A stretch of 63,810 nt of DNA from Haliotis rufescens (lineage: Eukaryota). The DNA is taken from positions 558,001-621,810 of the forward strand of contig NW_025963797.1 of assembly GCF_023055435.1 (NCBI RefSeq). Direction: 5' to 3'. The position numbers were made by a program, and so were the translations under genes. The notes beneath the pieces are model-generated. The model was given only the letters and a program-made list of their open reading frames with translations. It searched no databases and was not told the origin of the DNA. How positions within the stretch are numbered: the stretch's first letter is position 1; every line of letters starts with the position of its first letter. Shown in pieces: positions 13,021 through 25,680 of this stretch.

Positions 13021-13681
13021 CGCATGGTGCGATATGGTGCGATATATACGTAAGGTTGACATACTTATCAGACTAATTAATATGTATACCCTTTCAAAAA
13101 CCAGGAAGAGGGCCTTGACACCCAACCATGACACAAGTGGTATGTTGTGCGGAGATGCGTTGAGATAGTGTTGCATTGATACATGTATAGTGACCCGTAA
13201 TTGACGTATCACTATATTGAAACCTGGTACTTTGTCGCCTCGCAAACATTTAAGACTGTCTGCAGTTGTTGTACGTGAAGATTCGGCCGAATTCTGAAGT
13301 TGATGTCACCCTGTATCTGGTGGTATTTACAGGTATAATGTCCATGTCACCACATGTCCCTTGCCAGCATATCCTTTCATCCAATCAAAACGAAGGGGAG
13401 CTCTTATGTTCATTGAGGGCTGGTGAAATAGACATTATTGCCATGAGAGTCAATATCGCTATGAATGTGGCAATGAAGACAAGGATCGTTGCAATTGCTG
13501 AAGCTGTGAGAGCCGCAGTTTTTAGGAAGCTAAATATTGGACCATGTGAAATGTGTGTGAAATAAATCATCCGGTAATGGAGGTCACGTCGTATATGAGA
13601 AAATATTATGTTTTAAGTGTTGTTCATCCTGTATTTGTCTACCCAGGTGTCAACTGTGCAACCCTGTCCAGGATTCCGGCG

Positions 13682-14119
13682 ATGGCAGCCGAGGACATGG
13701 AGGAAATAGCACAATATGCATCATGGCATGCAGCCAACACCATGAAGCGGTACAGGGCCGACGCCCAGCGAGACGAGTCGAAGGTTCGTCGCCACTACGA
13801 CAGTCTCTGCAGCTCCGGTGTCTTCAGCAACGAATTCTGCTCTGTGTATGAGCAGATGGCCTGGGCAGCAGCTTGGAGCACAGCCAGTGAGAGGTTTGGC
13901 ACGAAGAAGGATGCTAGGCTGTACAAGAAGAAATGGTTGGATTTCCACATGGAACTGTTCAGGAGCAAAGAGGTGACCAGCCAGCTTGCCAATGACCTGC
14001 GTAGTCTGTGTTGGTCATCAGCCTGGTACACGGCCAACACGAGGAAGGGTTACAGGAGAGATGCGGAGGCGGATGTCAGGGAGATGGATGTGTATTATGA
14101 CAGGATCCGGGCAAGTTGA
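13682..14119 (+). CDS. 145-aa helical protein with three 50-aa Trp-motif repeats (unknown function; may extend 5' through the acceptor at 13646/13647)
   Basis: GC-richer, coding-like sequence. Motifs ASWHAANT, AAWSTASE, SAWYTANT are spaced exactly 50 aa while the DNA has diverged. Polypyrimidine-CAG acceptor just upstream. Confidence 0.75.
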   Translation: MAAEDMEEIAQYASWHAANTMKRYRADAQRDESKVRRHYDSLCSSGVFSNEFCSVYEQMAWAAAWSTASERFGTKKDARLYKKKWLDFHMELFRSKEVTSQLANDLRSLCWSSAWYTANTRKGYRRDAEADVREMDVYYDRIRAS

Positions 14120-14819
14120 GATCCTGGTGCAAAGAATATCATAAGTCCTCCGATTCGTGTGCCGTAGAAAGAAGAAGTGGTAAATTTGAAGGCAATATAA
14201 ATATATAGCAGCAATAGTAATTGATGTATCCATCGTAATGCTAGATACCATTAAGCCATACTGAACCTTTCCATGAAAATTAAAAAAAACTAATAGCGGC
14301 TTGGGAAAACTCAAAAGTATTACATGACACTGAGGAGACACAAACGTAATAAATCAACATTGAGCAGACACAACTTTGTACACACAATTTATGGATTAAC
14401 AACTTCTTTTTTGTTACTGTAATTGCGTTTGTTCGGTATAGATCCTGATTCATACACAAGCAAGGCTGAGAATGAAGATGGATAATGCTGTAGCAGCATG
14501 ACACGGAAGCCACTTAGACGGGGAGCCAATCTGACAGGACACAGTATACACAGATGGGTTGATTATTGCTCATGTGTTCATAGCAGGTGGCTGGGATGAA
14601 CCAGCCCTTTGGTGCGTTTGATATTTTTGTGCAAGAAAGTGCTGCCATGCCATACGATATATGTTTTCAAAATACAACTACACTATGCAAATGGAAAGAA
14701 TGTATTGATAATTATTTTGTGCATACCAGCCTTCTTCTTATTTTTCTTCTTCTTCGGTGTCTTCTTCGAAATTTGTGATTCGACCCGCTGGCCACGTCAG
14801 ACCACAAGACGATAATATA

Positions 14820-15170
14820 TGGTAGGCGTTATAGACCTGCATTAGTAAGTGTGGAGGGTTGGTGGTTCGAATCCAGGCCACGCCAGACCACGAGACTATA
14901 AGATAGGGTACGCGTTATGGCCCTGCATTAGTAAGTGTGGAGGGTTGGTGGTTTGATTCCAGGCCGCGTCAGACCAACATATGTTTCTTACTCGTCTTAC
15001 ACTGCCCTATTAAGGGGTTTACACAAGGACTGGTCCGTTCAGAGTCAGTATAATGTGTCTGACTGCGGTATATATTTCAAACTGTGGCATCACGTCTCAG
15101 TGGACTATCACTATTAAACAAGCATAAGCCCGGACTGGTATCAGCAGACACACACACGTGCATGTCGATT
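14820..15170 (+). mobile_element. Degenerate SINE family C (Meta/RUDI-like core) with duplicated tRNA head
   Basis: Two GGTTCGAATCC-like B boxes, then TTAAGGG..AAGGACTGGTCCGTTCAGAGTCAGTATAATGTGTCTGA, similar to 19796-20146. Confidence 0.6.
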
Positions 15171-15934
15171 ACAAGTGCCAATATAAACTGCATTAACATA
15201 CCTGATAAAGCTAATGAATGTAGATGGACTATTTACGTTAAGCTACCCAACACGTGCGCCAATATGCAACCAATAAATTAACTATTAATTAACTGTTAAT
15301 TACTTAACAGGTAAACATTACGTATATTGATCTCAATGGGAATTCGTTGCAGCAGAATACATCTTTACGGTCACTGTTTTCTATACAATAAACTTAGTAT
15401 TAAACACGCCACACCACACAGTTTTGCCACAGACGTAGGTGAACTCGGCCGAAGCACGAGAAACTTAACAATGAATTACAACCAGGAAAGTAATCCGTCA
15501 TAAGCTGACCTGAGCTCATCACCATTGAGTAGCCAGCCACGGATTGATCTCACACAGATGTTTGATACCAGTGACCTCAAACAGGTTTTCAGGGACAGTA
15601 TATTGTACATATCAACGTATATTTCATGTAACACAGTTTGATGGATGAGACAGGGCATTTAAGCCAATCTGTTCCATAACTGTGACTAACGTTACACTTG
15701 TCACTATTTTACACTGCATGTGCTTGTTACCATCTAGGTTGGACTCTCACATTAAGCTGATACACCATTACGCATTGTATCTAACGACGTTAATAGATGC
15801 TACTTATCTAACGTATAAGAGAAGGACTGGTAGCCTTGCAGTATACTAAGTCTGAGTTTGGTATCCCTTAAACTTCAGCATGGAATCACAGTGAGCTAGC
15901 ACTTTACATCCGGCTTCAGACCAGTACAAACAGG

Positions 15935-16593
15935 TACATACGCATACACACCCACTCACACAAACTCTCACACACATACACACCCACTCACAAACATATT
16001 CTCACACACAGAAACAAACACACGCACCCACTCACACACATACACACACACACATACTCAAACACTGAGATGAAAACACACTCACTCACACGTACATACA
16101 CATTCACATGCACAAACACACACACACACACATACTCAAACACAGAGAAAAAAACACCCAACCACTGATACACACATGCACACACATACTCACACACAGG
16201 GAAAAAACACACACACACTTATACACACTCACAGACACACACACATACACTAATACTCACACACAGAGAAAAATAAAACACTCACACACACATACACACA
16301 CATACTCAAACACAGATAAAAAAACATACACACACTCACATCTACACACAGACGCACACACACTCTCATGCACACTCTCACCCATGNNNNNNNNNNNNNN
16401 NNNNNNNNNNNNNNNNNNNNNNNNNNNNNNNNNNNNNNNNNNNNNNNNNNNNNNNNNNNNNNNNNNNNNNNNNNNNNNNNNNNNNNNNNNNNNNNNNNNN
16501 NNNNNNNNNNNNNNNNNNNNNNNNNNNNNNNNNNNNNNNNNACAGACAGACACACATACACACATACACAAACACTCTCACACACATATATAA

Positions 16594-16629
<36 letters not shown>

Positions 16630-16830
16630 ATACACCGAGACGGACGCTCACTCACAAACAATCACCCATAAAGATAAACACACACACAAACACACATGCA
16701 AAAACGTGCACACTGACATACACACCCACGCACACATGCTCACACACTGACAGTTACACAATCACATCCACAGACAAACACATACAAACGCTCACACACA
16801 CACACGCATACTCTCTCACACACACACCGC
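15935..16830. repeat. Degenerate (CA)n low-complexity tract containing an assembly gap
   Basis: CA-rich sequence; Ns at 16387-16541. Confidence 0.95.
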
Positions 16831-17104
16831 TTTATCAATGCTACAATCTTGATACGCAACAGTAAGCCACATTTCACCTCAACTCTCCTTTGTCAGCGGG
16901 CATGACGTGATATACGGCAGGTGAACGTAACTTAGACGAATTCCTGTTTTTTTTCAGGTAAAGAATTGAATGTGATATGATCTAAACACATGACAAGGCG
17001 TTGTAATGTATCATGTGTTAGCCCATGCATAACCATCATCCAGGACAATACAGACTACACTTGGCTCATTGTTTAAATATTTATACATTTTTTTCAATCT
17101 TATC

Positions 17105-17600
17105 CATGCATATTTCCACGGGTAACTCCCGTTTTGCATAATAGGCCACTCTTACTGTGCACCAAGGCAATGAGCAGGAGGTCAGTTTTGTATTGATCGA
17201 GGACACTGTTTGACCTTGTACTTGTGTATTTGGGTAGGTCAAGCTGACATCAAGGCACGTGTTGTTTGTTTCCTGTTTGGTCCAACACTAAAATGTCAAC
17301 AATGCCCTGACTGCCTCGTGTTACAGAAAGTAGGACTACTGCAGTTATCACAACTAAAACAGACAGACACACACGACATTCGTAACCTGAAACCTAGATG
17401 ACAAGCATGCACGAGTTGTATGCATTTGTTTCGATCTGGTTTCAGAAGGAAGCATTTGCTGGTAGTCAGTGTATCAGTCTATTATACATGGTGTGAGTAT
17501 GACGCACCCAAATAAATCTGTCTCCAGTAGAAATGTAGATCGTACTTTCGAAATGAGCCTTAATGTCCGTGAGAGGTGTTGATGATATGATATTCTATAA
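17105..17600 (+). promoter_or_regulatory. Conserved upstream block of receptor 1 (putative promoter / first non-coding exon), paralogous to 41395-42010
   Basis: Co-linear motifs shared with the receptor 3 upstream region: TATTTCCAC..GG, ACACT(A/G)AAATGTCAACA, GGTTTCAGAAGGAA(G/A)CATTT, CTTTCGAAATGAGCC. Confidence 0.5.
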
Positions 17601-17689
17601 TATCGAAAACACTTGATTCTGATTGTTCAATCAGCTGTACGAAATCGCAATAACCACTCTTGTTTGAAACCATGGAAGTTACCATTTAT

Positions 17690-17941
17690 AGTTTGTTTGT
17701 TTGTTCAACGCCACACTCAGCAATATTCCTGCTATATGTCTGCTGTCTGTAAATAATCGAGTCTAGGTCAGACAATCCGATGATTGACATCATGAGCATC
17801 GATCCAGACAATTGGGATACGATGACATGTGTAAAGATGTCAGCGAGCCTGACCAGCTGGTCCCGTTTGTCGCCTCTTTCACAAGCATAGTCGCCAGCAT
17901 GGGTTGCTGAAGACCAATTTTACCCTAGATCTTCACGGGTC
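17690..17941 (-). mobile_element. SINE family B
   Basis: Full-length reverse-complement match to 11006-11281. Confidence 0.8.
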
Positions 17942-17988
17942 GTTATTGAATTGTCTGCCATTGTTGCTGGGCATTTTTAATCATATAA

Positions 17989-18697
17989 TACTCTTTAAAA
18001 AAAAGAAACGCAATGTGGATATTGTTGGTCATAAAAGCAAAATATTTAATGTGTTATGGTGTCAGTGACACATTTCCAGGATCAAAATGATCACAACTAG
18101 GACATGGAAACCATAAGTCGGGAAACACGTACGATTCGGAAAAACGCACCCAGTGCATTATTAAAAGGGCCAAAAGAAACAACGTCATAGGCCGTTTGCA
18201 GGCAGGGGAATCCTGGTCAGCTGTAGCCAGCTTTTTCAACGGAGCGCCCAGCACCACCACAATGCTATGCCATTAGGTTTCAATAGCATGGGTCAACACG
18301 TGATCGGCCAAGATCGGGACGACCAAGAGTAACCATCCCCGCCATCAACAAAATAGACGGCTACACAGACGTCAAGCACAACCGCAGACCTTGCAGCAGT
18401 TGGCCTTTTCGTTGCAGGCCGAGTGGGCTACCATTCCCCAGGATGTGATTCTCATACTCGTCTCTTCCATGGGCAGCAGATGTGAGGCTGCTATCGATTC
18501 CAACGGGGGACATGTGCGTTATTGATGGTAGCTGACCTTCACCTTGGACTTTTCCTATGTACCGATAAGTGAGATGTCTACAATCACCAAGTGTTCTGTC
18601 CACAACATTTTTTGCTCAATACCTTGTACAGTTCCTCGTATAAATGTATTTTCTTACCTCACACGTTAGGCTTTGCGTTTCTTTTACTTTAAGAGTA
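17989..18697 (+). mobile_element. Internally deleted Tc1-like transposon with TIRs
   Basis: TACTCTTTAAAAAAAAGAAACGCAA ... TTGCGTTTCTTTTACTTTAAGAGTA followed by TA. HTH remnant RNNVIGRLQAGESWSAVASFF near 18175-18240. Confidence 0.75.
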
Positions 18698-18808
18698 TAT
18701 ATCTTACAAAATGTAATGTCGGTTACTACAAATAATTACAAGTTTTAGTGACATTTCAGACATAATCGATCAAAATGAAGAAATACACACTCAATATCAT
18801 TCACTCAA

Positions 18809-18810
<2 letters not shown>

Positions 18811-18848
<38 letters not shown>
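18811..18848. repeat. (TAA)n microsatellite
   Basis: Direct reading. Confidence 0.95.
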
Positions 18849-18854
<6 letters not shown>

Positions 18855-19718
18855 GACCAGATCGTCCAAACTAACCACCATTTATTTATATCAACCTGTC
18901 ACCTCGTGAATTGGAATCTGTATGTTCAAGGATATAGAGATCAATTTGTCCAGACAGTTGCAATGCAAGTATCACGTTGACGATCTCAGGTGAAATTCTG
19001 GAAAACAACAACGCAGTGCATGAACTGCCATGGACAACCTCAACAGCAGCAATGTGCAGGCCTTGCCTTGTCCAGCATGTTCACAGGGTAGGAATCGAAT
19101 TGAAAACGTGTGAGACGACATGAACAGACAGATAATAGATCGACAAGGCTGTTTTAGGGGAGCAGTGGATATTCTCGTATGACGTCATCATGCGGTTGAC
19201 AACATCAAGGTGGGATGCGTGGGAGGTTGCATTAAAGCTGATCGCGGACAAAAACGTTCTTGGTCACCCGGCAGAAACATTAACAGGAACAATTTCAGCT
19301 TTATAACAAATGTCTATGAAAACGCTCTATCACAACACTTTTGAACTAAAATAAACGTGTTAATTCGTGCTTGTAGTGTGATGATGACCTAATTAATCAC
19401 ATTCATGTTACCAAGGACATTTGTTTTTGTTTCCTTTTACAGACATTCAAACAAATGGGATTTTTGTTTGCCCTTCAGTTAACTAATTTTATTTTCCGTG
19501 TAATGAGGAAAAAGGCCATTATATAAATTAGATCATCACGAATCAACTTCGTTGGATTCATACAGCCGGCTGATGAACTTATCGCTCACTTTAGTTGATC
19601 GAACAAGGGAGTTGAATTACGTTGGTGACTTACTTCTTTAACTAGCATCGTAACATTAGTGTGTGTATCAGATGTATGTTCTTGTATTACATGACTTCTT
19701 CTGTATTACAGGTAGGAG

Positions 19719-22700
19719 ATGTCCACTCTGGTGGTTGTGCACATTGCCTATCTGATCATGTCTACAGGTAAACATTCTGATATTAGTTAAATAGTGAGGT
19801 GATGTGAAATGGGGTTTAACGTCGCATCCAAGATTATTGCACTTATATAGCGACGTGCATGTACGGGTGTGTGTTTGTGTGACTGCTTATACTATTCCGG
19901 ACTGATGCCGATTATGGTGCTAGCTGACTTAGATGACATGCCACAGTTTAACATAAATACCCCACTCAGACACAGTATACTGACTCCGAGCTGACCAGTT
20001 CTTGTTTTAGTCCCTTAATGCCGAGCGCCAGACAGGGTAACAACAAGTACCATCTTATAACGTCTTTTGGTATGACGCGGCCGGGAATCGAACCTCGGAC
20101 CTTCAGCTCTCCGGGCAGACGCTCTACCACTAGCCCACGGAGGCTGTATTAGTTAAATAGTTAAAAATCATACCTCTTTGAGACTTGTTCTAACTATGCT
20201 ATTTTTTTGTGTTTATATATAGTTTTTAAAACAGTGAACATATCCAGGCCAGCTATATATGTGTTGTCCTTCTAGGGTTGACTTGGTAGAGATTCAGATC
20301 CTTGGTACCTGTCTTAATTTTCTGATGTATTCTTTGTATGATTTCCAGCTGCCATTTGCAGTGAAGACCAACACTGCCGAGACTGTGACAGCGACACTGG
20401 CAGTTGTCTGACCGAGTGTGACAGTGGTTATTTCGACCTGAAATGTAAGACTCCTTGTAACAGCAACTGTAAAAATAAGAAATGTAAATCCTTGAGCGGT
20501 GGCACAGAAGTATGCACAGAAGGTTGTATCCTAGGTTATCAGGGCGAGAGGTGCACCATACCATGTGACAGTCCAGCAGGTAACTGTACAGCTTGTGTTG
20601 GCGGTTGTGATGGAGGATACTGCCAGCTTAGTTCAACCTGTGTATCAGGATGCAGTGGTTCCTACTATGGATCTGACTGTAAACGATGTTCAAGAAGATG
20701 TAAGACGTGCAATGGTTATACAGGGATGTGTGAGGAGTGTTTTCCACAATATTTTGGGACGATTTGCGAGTATTTATGTGAACACTGTAGGGACACGTGT
20801 CAATTCGGATGTCTGCATGGCTGTATACGTGGCTTTTATGGTGCTGCCTGTGAGAAGGAATGCAGTACAAACTGTGGATATAGTCCAGTGATGCTGGACA
20901 ATAGCACTGCAGACACACGACCTGTACTTAATGACACAGTGGAATGCAATCAGTACAGTGGTGATTGTCGTCATGGATGTGTAGATGGCTGGTTTGGGCC
21001 ACAGTGCTCCTCATGTTGTAATATTAACTGTAGGAATGGGAGATGCAACGATGCAGGCGACTGTGTAGATGGGTGTGTAGATGGCTGGTTTGGGCCACAC
21101 TGCTCCTCACAGTGTAATGTTAACTGTAGGAATGGGAGATGCAAAGATACAGGCGACTGTGTAGATGGGTGTGCATCTCATCATTTTGGAAGAAACTGTA
21201 TACCATGCCCTGACAACTGTATCAACCACACATGTCATACAAGCCATGGAACTTGTGTTCATGGATGTACTAGTGGATTCTATGGACAATCGTGTAACAA
21301 CACGTGTGAATTCTGCCTTGATGGAGAGTGTGACCAGATGACAGGAATGTGTTTCAAAGGCTGCAACACTACCGGACACAAATGCACACCTATCTGCAGG
21401 AACAACTGCACTGTGGACGACTGCCAATCATGTCAGGGTGAGTGAATATCAAGGGAAAGCACATCGATGTGCATCATAACTGAAATTCAAATGATGATTC
21501 ATAGTATGTAGATTATTGGCAATGCATCATGTTTTGCGGTTATGCCACTCAGATCAAGGTCGTTTATATTTCCTTTTGTAAATGAACCCCCTACATGGTC
21601 TAGTGGTAGAGTGTCCGCCCAGAGAGTGGTAGGTCCGGACTTCCATTCCTGGACGCGTCGTACCAAAAGGCGATAAAAAAGATGGAACCTCTTTAACGTT
21701 AAGGGGTGCTACCTATTTCCATGAAACTGCCATTTTCTGCCTATACATTTAAAACAAAATATATTTGTGTATCTGTCATAGTCTCGATACTTACAATTGT
21801 AATACTATATTATGAAACACATTGCACAGACAAGATTTAAAACCATCATTGTCAAATATTGGCTTTCCAGATGAGAATGGGATGAACACGGCATTCGGAC
21901 TGTGGACTGGGCTTACAGCTGTGGTCATTGTGATTGTGATGCTAGCATGCCTGTGTTCCATCAAACGTTGGAGAACTAAAAGGTACCTACATCAAAAGTA
22001 GATAGTGCCATATCTCTTGCAATAGCTGGCTAATGATTCGCAATTATCTTTACTGTAATTCAGACAAAACCTGACACTTATTGAAATGTACTCTTCACAC
22101 TTGAATCAATATGCCAGTTCACTCAATTTTGTGAAGGCACTTCGCAGCTTCTGTTGCCATCTAATATTCCTCTTTATTATTCAGAGCTCAACAATCGGCA
22201 ACTGTTCAACCCAATGACGAAGGCGTTCAGGGTGATATATATTATGTAGAATACCAGGCTATCAACAATTATTGGCAGATCAGAGATGAAGATATAGGCA
22301 CATCCTGTGTGCCACCAGCTATGAAGCAAGAGGAACGTGGGCAAATACTCTCCATGCCAGTGTTGGCAGAATGTTTTTCTACAACAGGTGGTGGAACATA
22401 CAGTGATGCTTCCGAGAGTTCTGTTGGAGACACACAGTCCTACACTCATATATCACAGGATGTTGCAGGCAGTGGTGCAACCCAGAGTTCTGTTGGAGAC
22501 ACACAGTCATACACTCATATATCACAGGATGTTGCAGGCAGTGGTGCAACCCAGAGTTCTGCTGGAGACACACAGTCCTACACTCATATATCACAGGATG
22601 TTACAGGCAGTGGTGTAATCCAGCGTTCTGCCGGAGAGAACCAGCCCTCCACTCATATATCACAGGATGTTTCAGACGGCGAATCATCCCAGAGTTCTGC

Positions 22701-23139
22701 TGGAGACACACAGTCCTACACTCATATATCACAGGATGTTGCAGACAGTGGTGCAACCCAGCGTTCTGCCGGAGATAACCAGCCCTCCACTCATATATCA
22801 CAGGATGTTGCAGGCAGTGGTGCAACCCAGCGTTCTGCCGGAGATATCCAGCCCTCCACTTATATATCACAGGATGTTGCAGACAGTGGTGCAACCCAGC
22901 GTTCTGCCGGAGATAACCAGTCCTCCACTCATATGCCACAGAATGTTTCAGACGGCGAATCATCCCAGAGTTCTGCCGGAGATGTCCGTTCCTACACGCA
23001 TATGTCACGGGCCATGGCAGATTCTGATTCGTCCCACAGTTCTGCAAGTGATGCTCAGGCCTACACCCGACTCTTGCGTGATGTTTTTGTTAATGATCCC
23101 AAGACAGTTGTGAGCTATATATCACCCGTTCATAAATAA
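19719..23139 (+). CDS. EGF-like repeat single-pass receptor 1 (MEGF10/SREC-like), 734 aa; join(19719-19767,20349-21437,21871-21982,22185-23139)
   Basis: All introns GT-AG with compatible phases (1,1,2). Signal peptide MSTLVVVHIAYLIMST, Cys-rich EGF/laminin-EGF-like modules, TM GLWTGLTAVVIVIVMLACLC followed by KRWR, and an open Ser/Thr-rich tail with Tyr motifs. Confidence 0.85.
19796..20146 (-). mobile_element. tRNA-derived SINE family C (Meta/RUDI-like core) with 15-bp TSD, in intron 1 of receptor 1
   Basis: TSD TATTAGTTAAATAGT at 19781-19795 and 20147-20161. A/B boxes and (CACCT)n-like tail. Confidence 0.85.
22417..23080 (+). repeat. Coding 69-bp (23-aa) tandem repeat, ~10 units, in the receptor 1 cytoplasmic tail
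   Basis: Unit (V/A)GDTQSYTHISQDVAGSGATQSS, in frame with the TM exon. Confidence 0.9.
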
Positions 23140-25680
23140 ATACATTTGTATTTTGTAACTTTAAGTCTGTTATGTACTTTGTCTGTAATTCAAATCTGAT
23201 ATTCAGCTCACTTCACCTCCCTATTTTGATCATACACCTCGTAGCATCACTATTGTGATATAGTGATTCATAAACACTTGCTCATGACGAAGTCGTTTGA
23301 TATCATCAACTGGATTTTCGGCAGATATTTATCAGGACGATTGAAAGGGTTTATTCGTTTTTATTAAACTGTTTGGAGAGTCAAACAGTTTTTCCCGGAA
23401 GTGTACAATTTGATAACCACCCTTAAAGCTACAAAGTGACGTTTTCTGGTATATGTGCAACAAAGCAAGTGTATTTGGGCGTTTAGGTTTCACCAAAAAG
23501 AAGCCTTGCATATGCTTTTCGATTTCTCGACTTTCTACATAGTACACAAAGTATCTCCCTATAATATGACTTCACCATTGCCTGGTTTAATATTATGGCC
23601 AATTACACCTTATACATAATCTAACCTTCACTGTATATGTTATGCTGTGTATTATGCTATGCTTTAAAACTGTATACAATTATCTAATTTTATGTATTAC
23701 TACATGAATTCTCCCATGTTTGCCCCAAATATGACTCTATATATTGCCTTATAAATTCCTTTATATATTACTCTGGGAATTACCCAACAAATGTACTGTA
23801 TTTTAACACTCACCCTGTATATTTTGATATCAACTCACTCTACATTTTGTGTTATACATTACTCAGATATGTACCATCTAATTAATGTGTGTATCGATTC
23901 CTTTTGAAGTTATGTCTTCTTGTAAATAAAATGTACATATGTGAAATTGTAATGGCTGATTCAAGATTGCTCGATTACCCGATCAAGACTCCATTGTTCA
24001 CAGGTCGCACGGTAGGGGTACTGCTGTGCACCTTCAAGCAACAAACAGGGACTTCAGTTTTATGCAAAGTTTAACTTTATGTCACAACTAGTATAAATAA
24101 CACTATGTACTACACGAGTCGGTTGCCCTAAGCATTATTCTAACGACACTTACTCAGATAATGAAAACACTTGCGATACATGATCCGGAGCAGTCAACTA
24201 CTGTGCCAATGCGATTGGTCTGAACTCGCAACGGGAGACGTCTTTAAAATTAACAGTGATCTAAGCCTACCAAATAATACTTGTCTAACCTGCAGACATT
24301 GGCGTCTCTGAAGATGCTCATGCTAACAACCACTGACGTATGTGTTCATGATATCAACCACTTATATACCAGGAGCAGAATCGAGTAATTACAGGCCGCC
24401 GTGAATAAACATTCACTTGTTATCTGATGACCAAATTGCTAACAACTGACACGAAAGTATGTGTTTTATGAGTTACATTTGGAAACTTTGGTATGAGAAC
24501 CTCGAACCTTCCGTTCTCCGGGCGGACGCTCTACCACTAGACCCCGGAGGTTGTCCGTCGGTATGAGAAGCCATGTTGATCACAAGTACTTGCATAGTAC
24601 ACGGACACAGTAGTATGAATGTTGTGAATGTGTGACTGTGCCCTTCTCTTTGACTTCATGAATGTCCCGTCAGCATAAAACATATTCAGTGCACGTTGAT
24701 GCACGTGTAGATATTCGCGATTCCAACTACAGCTTCACGTAAGTGGTTTCAGGGATCTTTATCTGCCACTGGTGGAGAGTCATGCCACGTGACTGATTAT
24801 ATAGCATTGTATACACTTCAAGTTGACACCCCACATATATGTAGCATAATCTAGGCCAAGTCATTCCTTAGGTGTGGGTAGAATGGCCCAGAGGGGTGGA
24901 AGGTAGTCAGCAATTTGATGAATAAAAAAAAAGCACAGGTTGGAGCATTGATTCAGATTATGTCTGACAGTAAACTATATTTCTACCTGACTGAAGCTAG
25001 CCCTGTCCCCTAACCCAGAGTAGGCTACACTCATGCTGTTTTCCCGGGAAATAAGACTGCCTGGGCTGTAGGGGAGGTATTGAGTGTACAGGTAGGTGGA
25101 CAGATCCGGGGTTGTGTTTGGGAGCTGCTGATGTCTGCGGTGAGTAGCGGGGTTGACTGAGGAAAACGTATCCGTTTTTGAGCACGAAGGTGATGAAATA
25201 CTTGATATAAAGACGAATCGACTCTAAAATATTGTTTACTCACGATTTGTTCCAGGTTGTAACATATTTTCAAAAGTACGAAATCGCCACAAGTTATTAA
25301 AGCACTCCTTGACTATCGGAAAATTATAATAAACGATCTTAAGTTGAAATGAATAAAACTAAATCTTCATATGTACAAACATATGTACATAGAGTGCATA
25401 CATATGCATTTGAAATATATTTTGAACTGAACAGCAGAGCGAGGTTTCAAATGTTACCTTTAGAGTGGATAAATCTACAGGTAACATAGCTTGACCTTGT
25501 CAGTTTATGGAAGAACACTTGTGAGAACAAAGGGAGAGATCTAGACGAGCACCTCAAAGTATTGTGTTCAACGAATAGCTTATCAGTGTATCTGATGAAA
25601 AGTGAATACGTGGTGAATACATACAGGATTGTTCTCTTCCAAGCAGGCTTCATATGAACAAGTAGATAACTCTTCAAGCC

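Noticed and set aside
11613-13076. 26-aa repeat ORFs
   Set aside because: 78-bp minisatellite with scattered in-frame TAG codons.
15988-16865. His/Thr-rich and Cys/Val-rich ORFs
   Set aside because: (CA)n low complexity spanning an N gap.
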